Sequence record: NC_073058.1
Strand: one strand, 5' to 3'
Length of the DNA stretch: 45,536 nucleotides
From: Escherichia phage vB_EcoS_WFI
The notes beneath the pieces are model-generated. The model saw only the letters and a list, made by a program, of their open reading frames with translations. It was not told the DNA's origin and searched no databases. Positions 45,422 through 45,536 of this stretch are shown one piece after another. A program made the translations under genes and the position numbers. The stretch's first letter is position 1, and each line of letters opens with the position of its first letter.

Positions 45422-45536
45422 CATAAAATCCTGGATTGCATAATGTACGGCAGTATGATGCGAATTGCGGTCGTTGATGAACTAGGCAACCAATGCGAGT
45501 TGTATTATGGTGAGTGAAAAATGCAGTTTGCAGTTA

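Noticed and set aside
45161-45517. 118-aa ORF spanning the second iteron element
   Set aside because: Translation runs through the iteron array and palindrome (Gly/Arg/Pro-rich junk); at most the last 24 codons from ATG 45443 could be a small ORF.
1-45536. tRNA genes, integrase, attachment sites or repressor
   Set aside because: No cloverleaf-like segments, tyrosine/serine recombinase-sized ORFs or CI-like repressor were recognised by eye; a small tRNA cannot be excluded without tRNAscan-type analysis.

Overview
The window reads as most or all of a ~45 kb tailed dsDNA phage genome of siphovirus type, with no integrase or repressor seen; all calls are by eye from the ORF track and sequence, with no database search run. 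Rightward (+) genes run from ~100 to 29.4 kb: small early-type ORFs including three tandem paralogs, a holin/endolysin cassette, terminase small and large subunits, portal, MuF-like head protein, an overlapping spanin pair, scaffold, major capsid, neck proteins, major tail protein, tail chaperone G/GT with a canonical -1 slippery site, tape measure, lambda-like M/L/K/I/J tail-tip genes and a tail fiber with a C-terminal S74-type chaperone domain. A leftward (-) block from 29.4 to 42.1 kb holds the replication and DNA-metabolism genes: family-A DNA polymerase, SF2 helicase, VRR-NUC, Cas4/RecB-like exonuclease, SSB-like protein, Dam methyltransferase, a short C5-methyltransferase-like protein and a HAD phosphatase. 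Divergent promoters at 42.15-42.55 kb also drive a rightward HTH regulator and a primase/RepA-like helicase fusion. The most unusual features are two homologous non-coding elements (16829-17139 and 45264-45421) made of CGGGACA iterons plus a ~50-nt imperfect palindrome, a dispersed promoter-associated 9-mer ATTGGTTGC, and several opposite-strand or unknown-function gene units (10443-11207, 26096-27285, 593-1832, 41631-42149).
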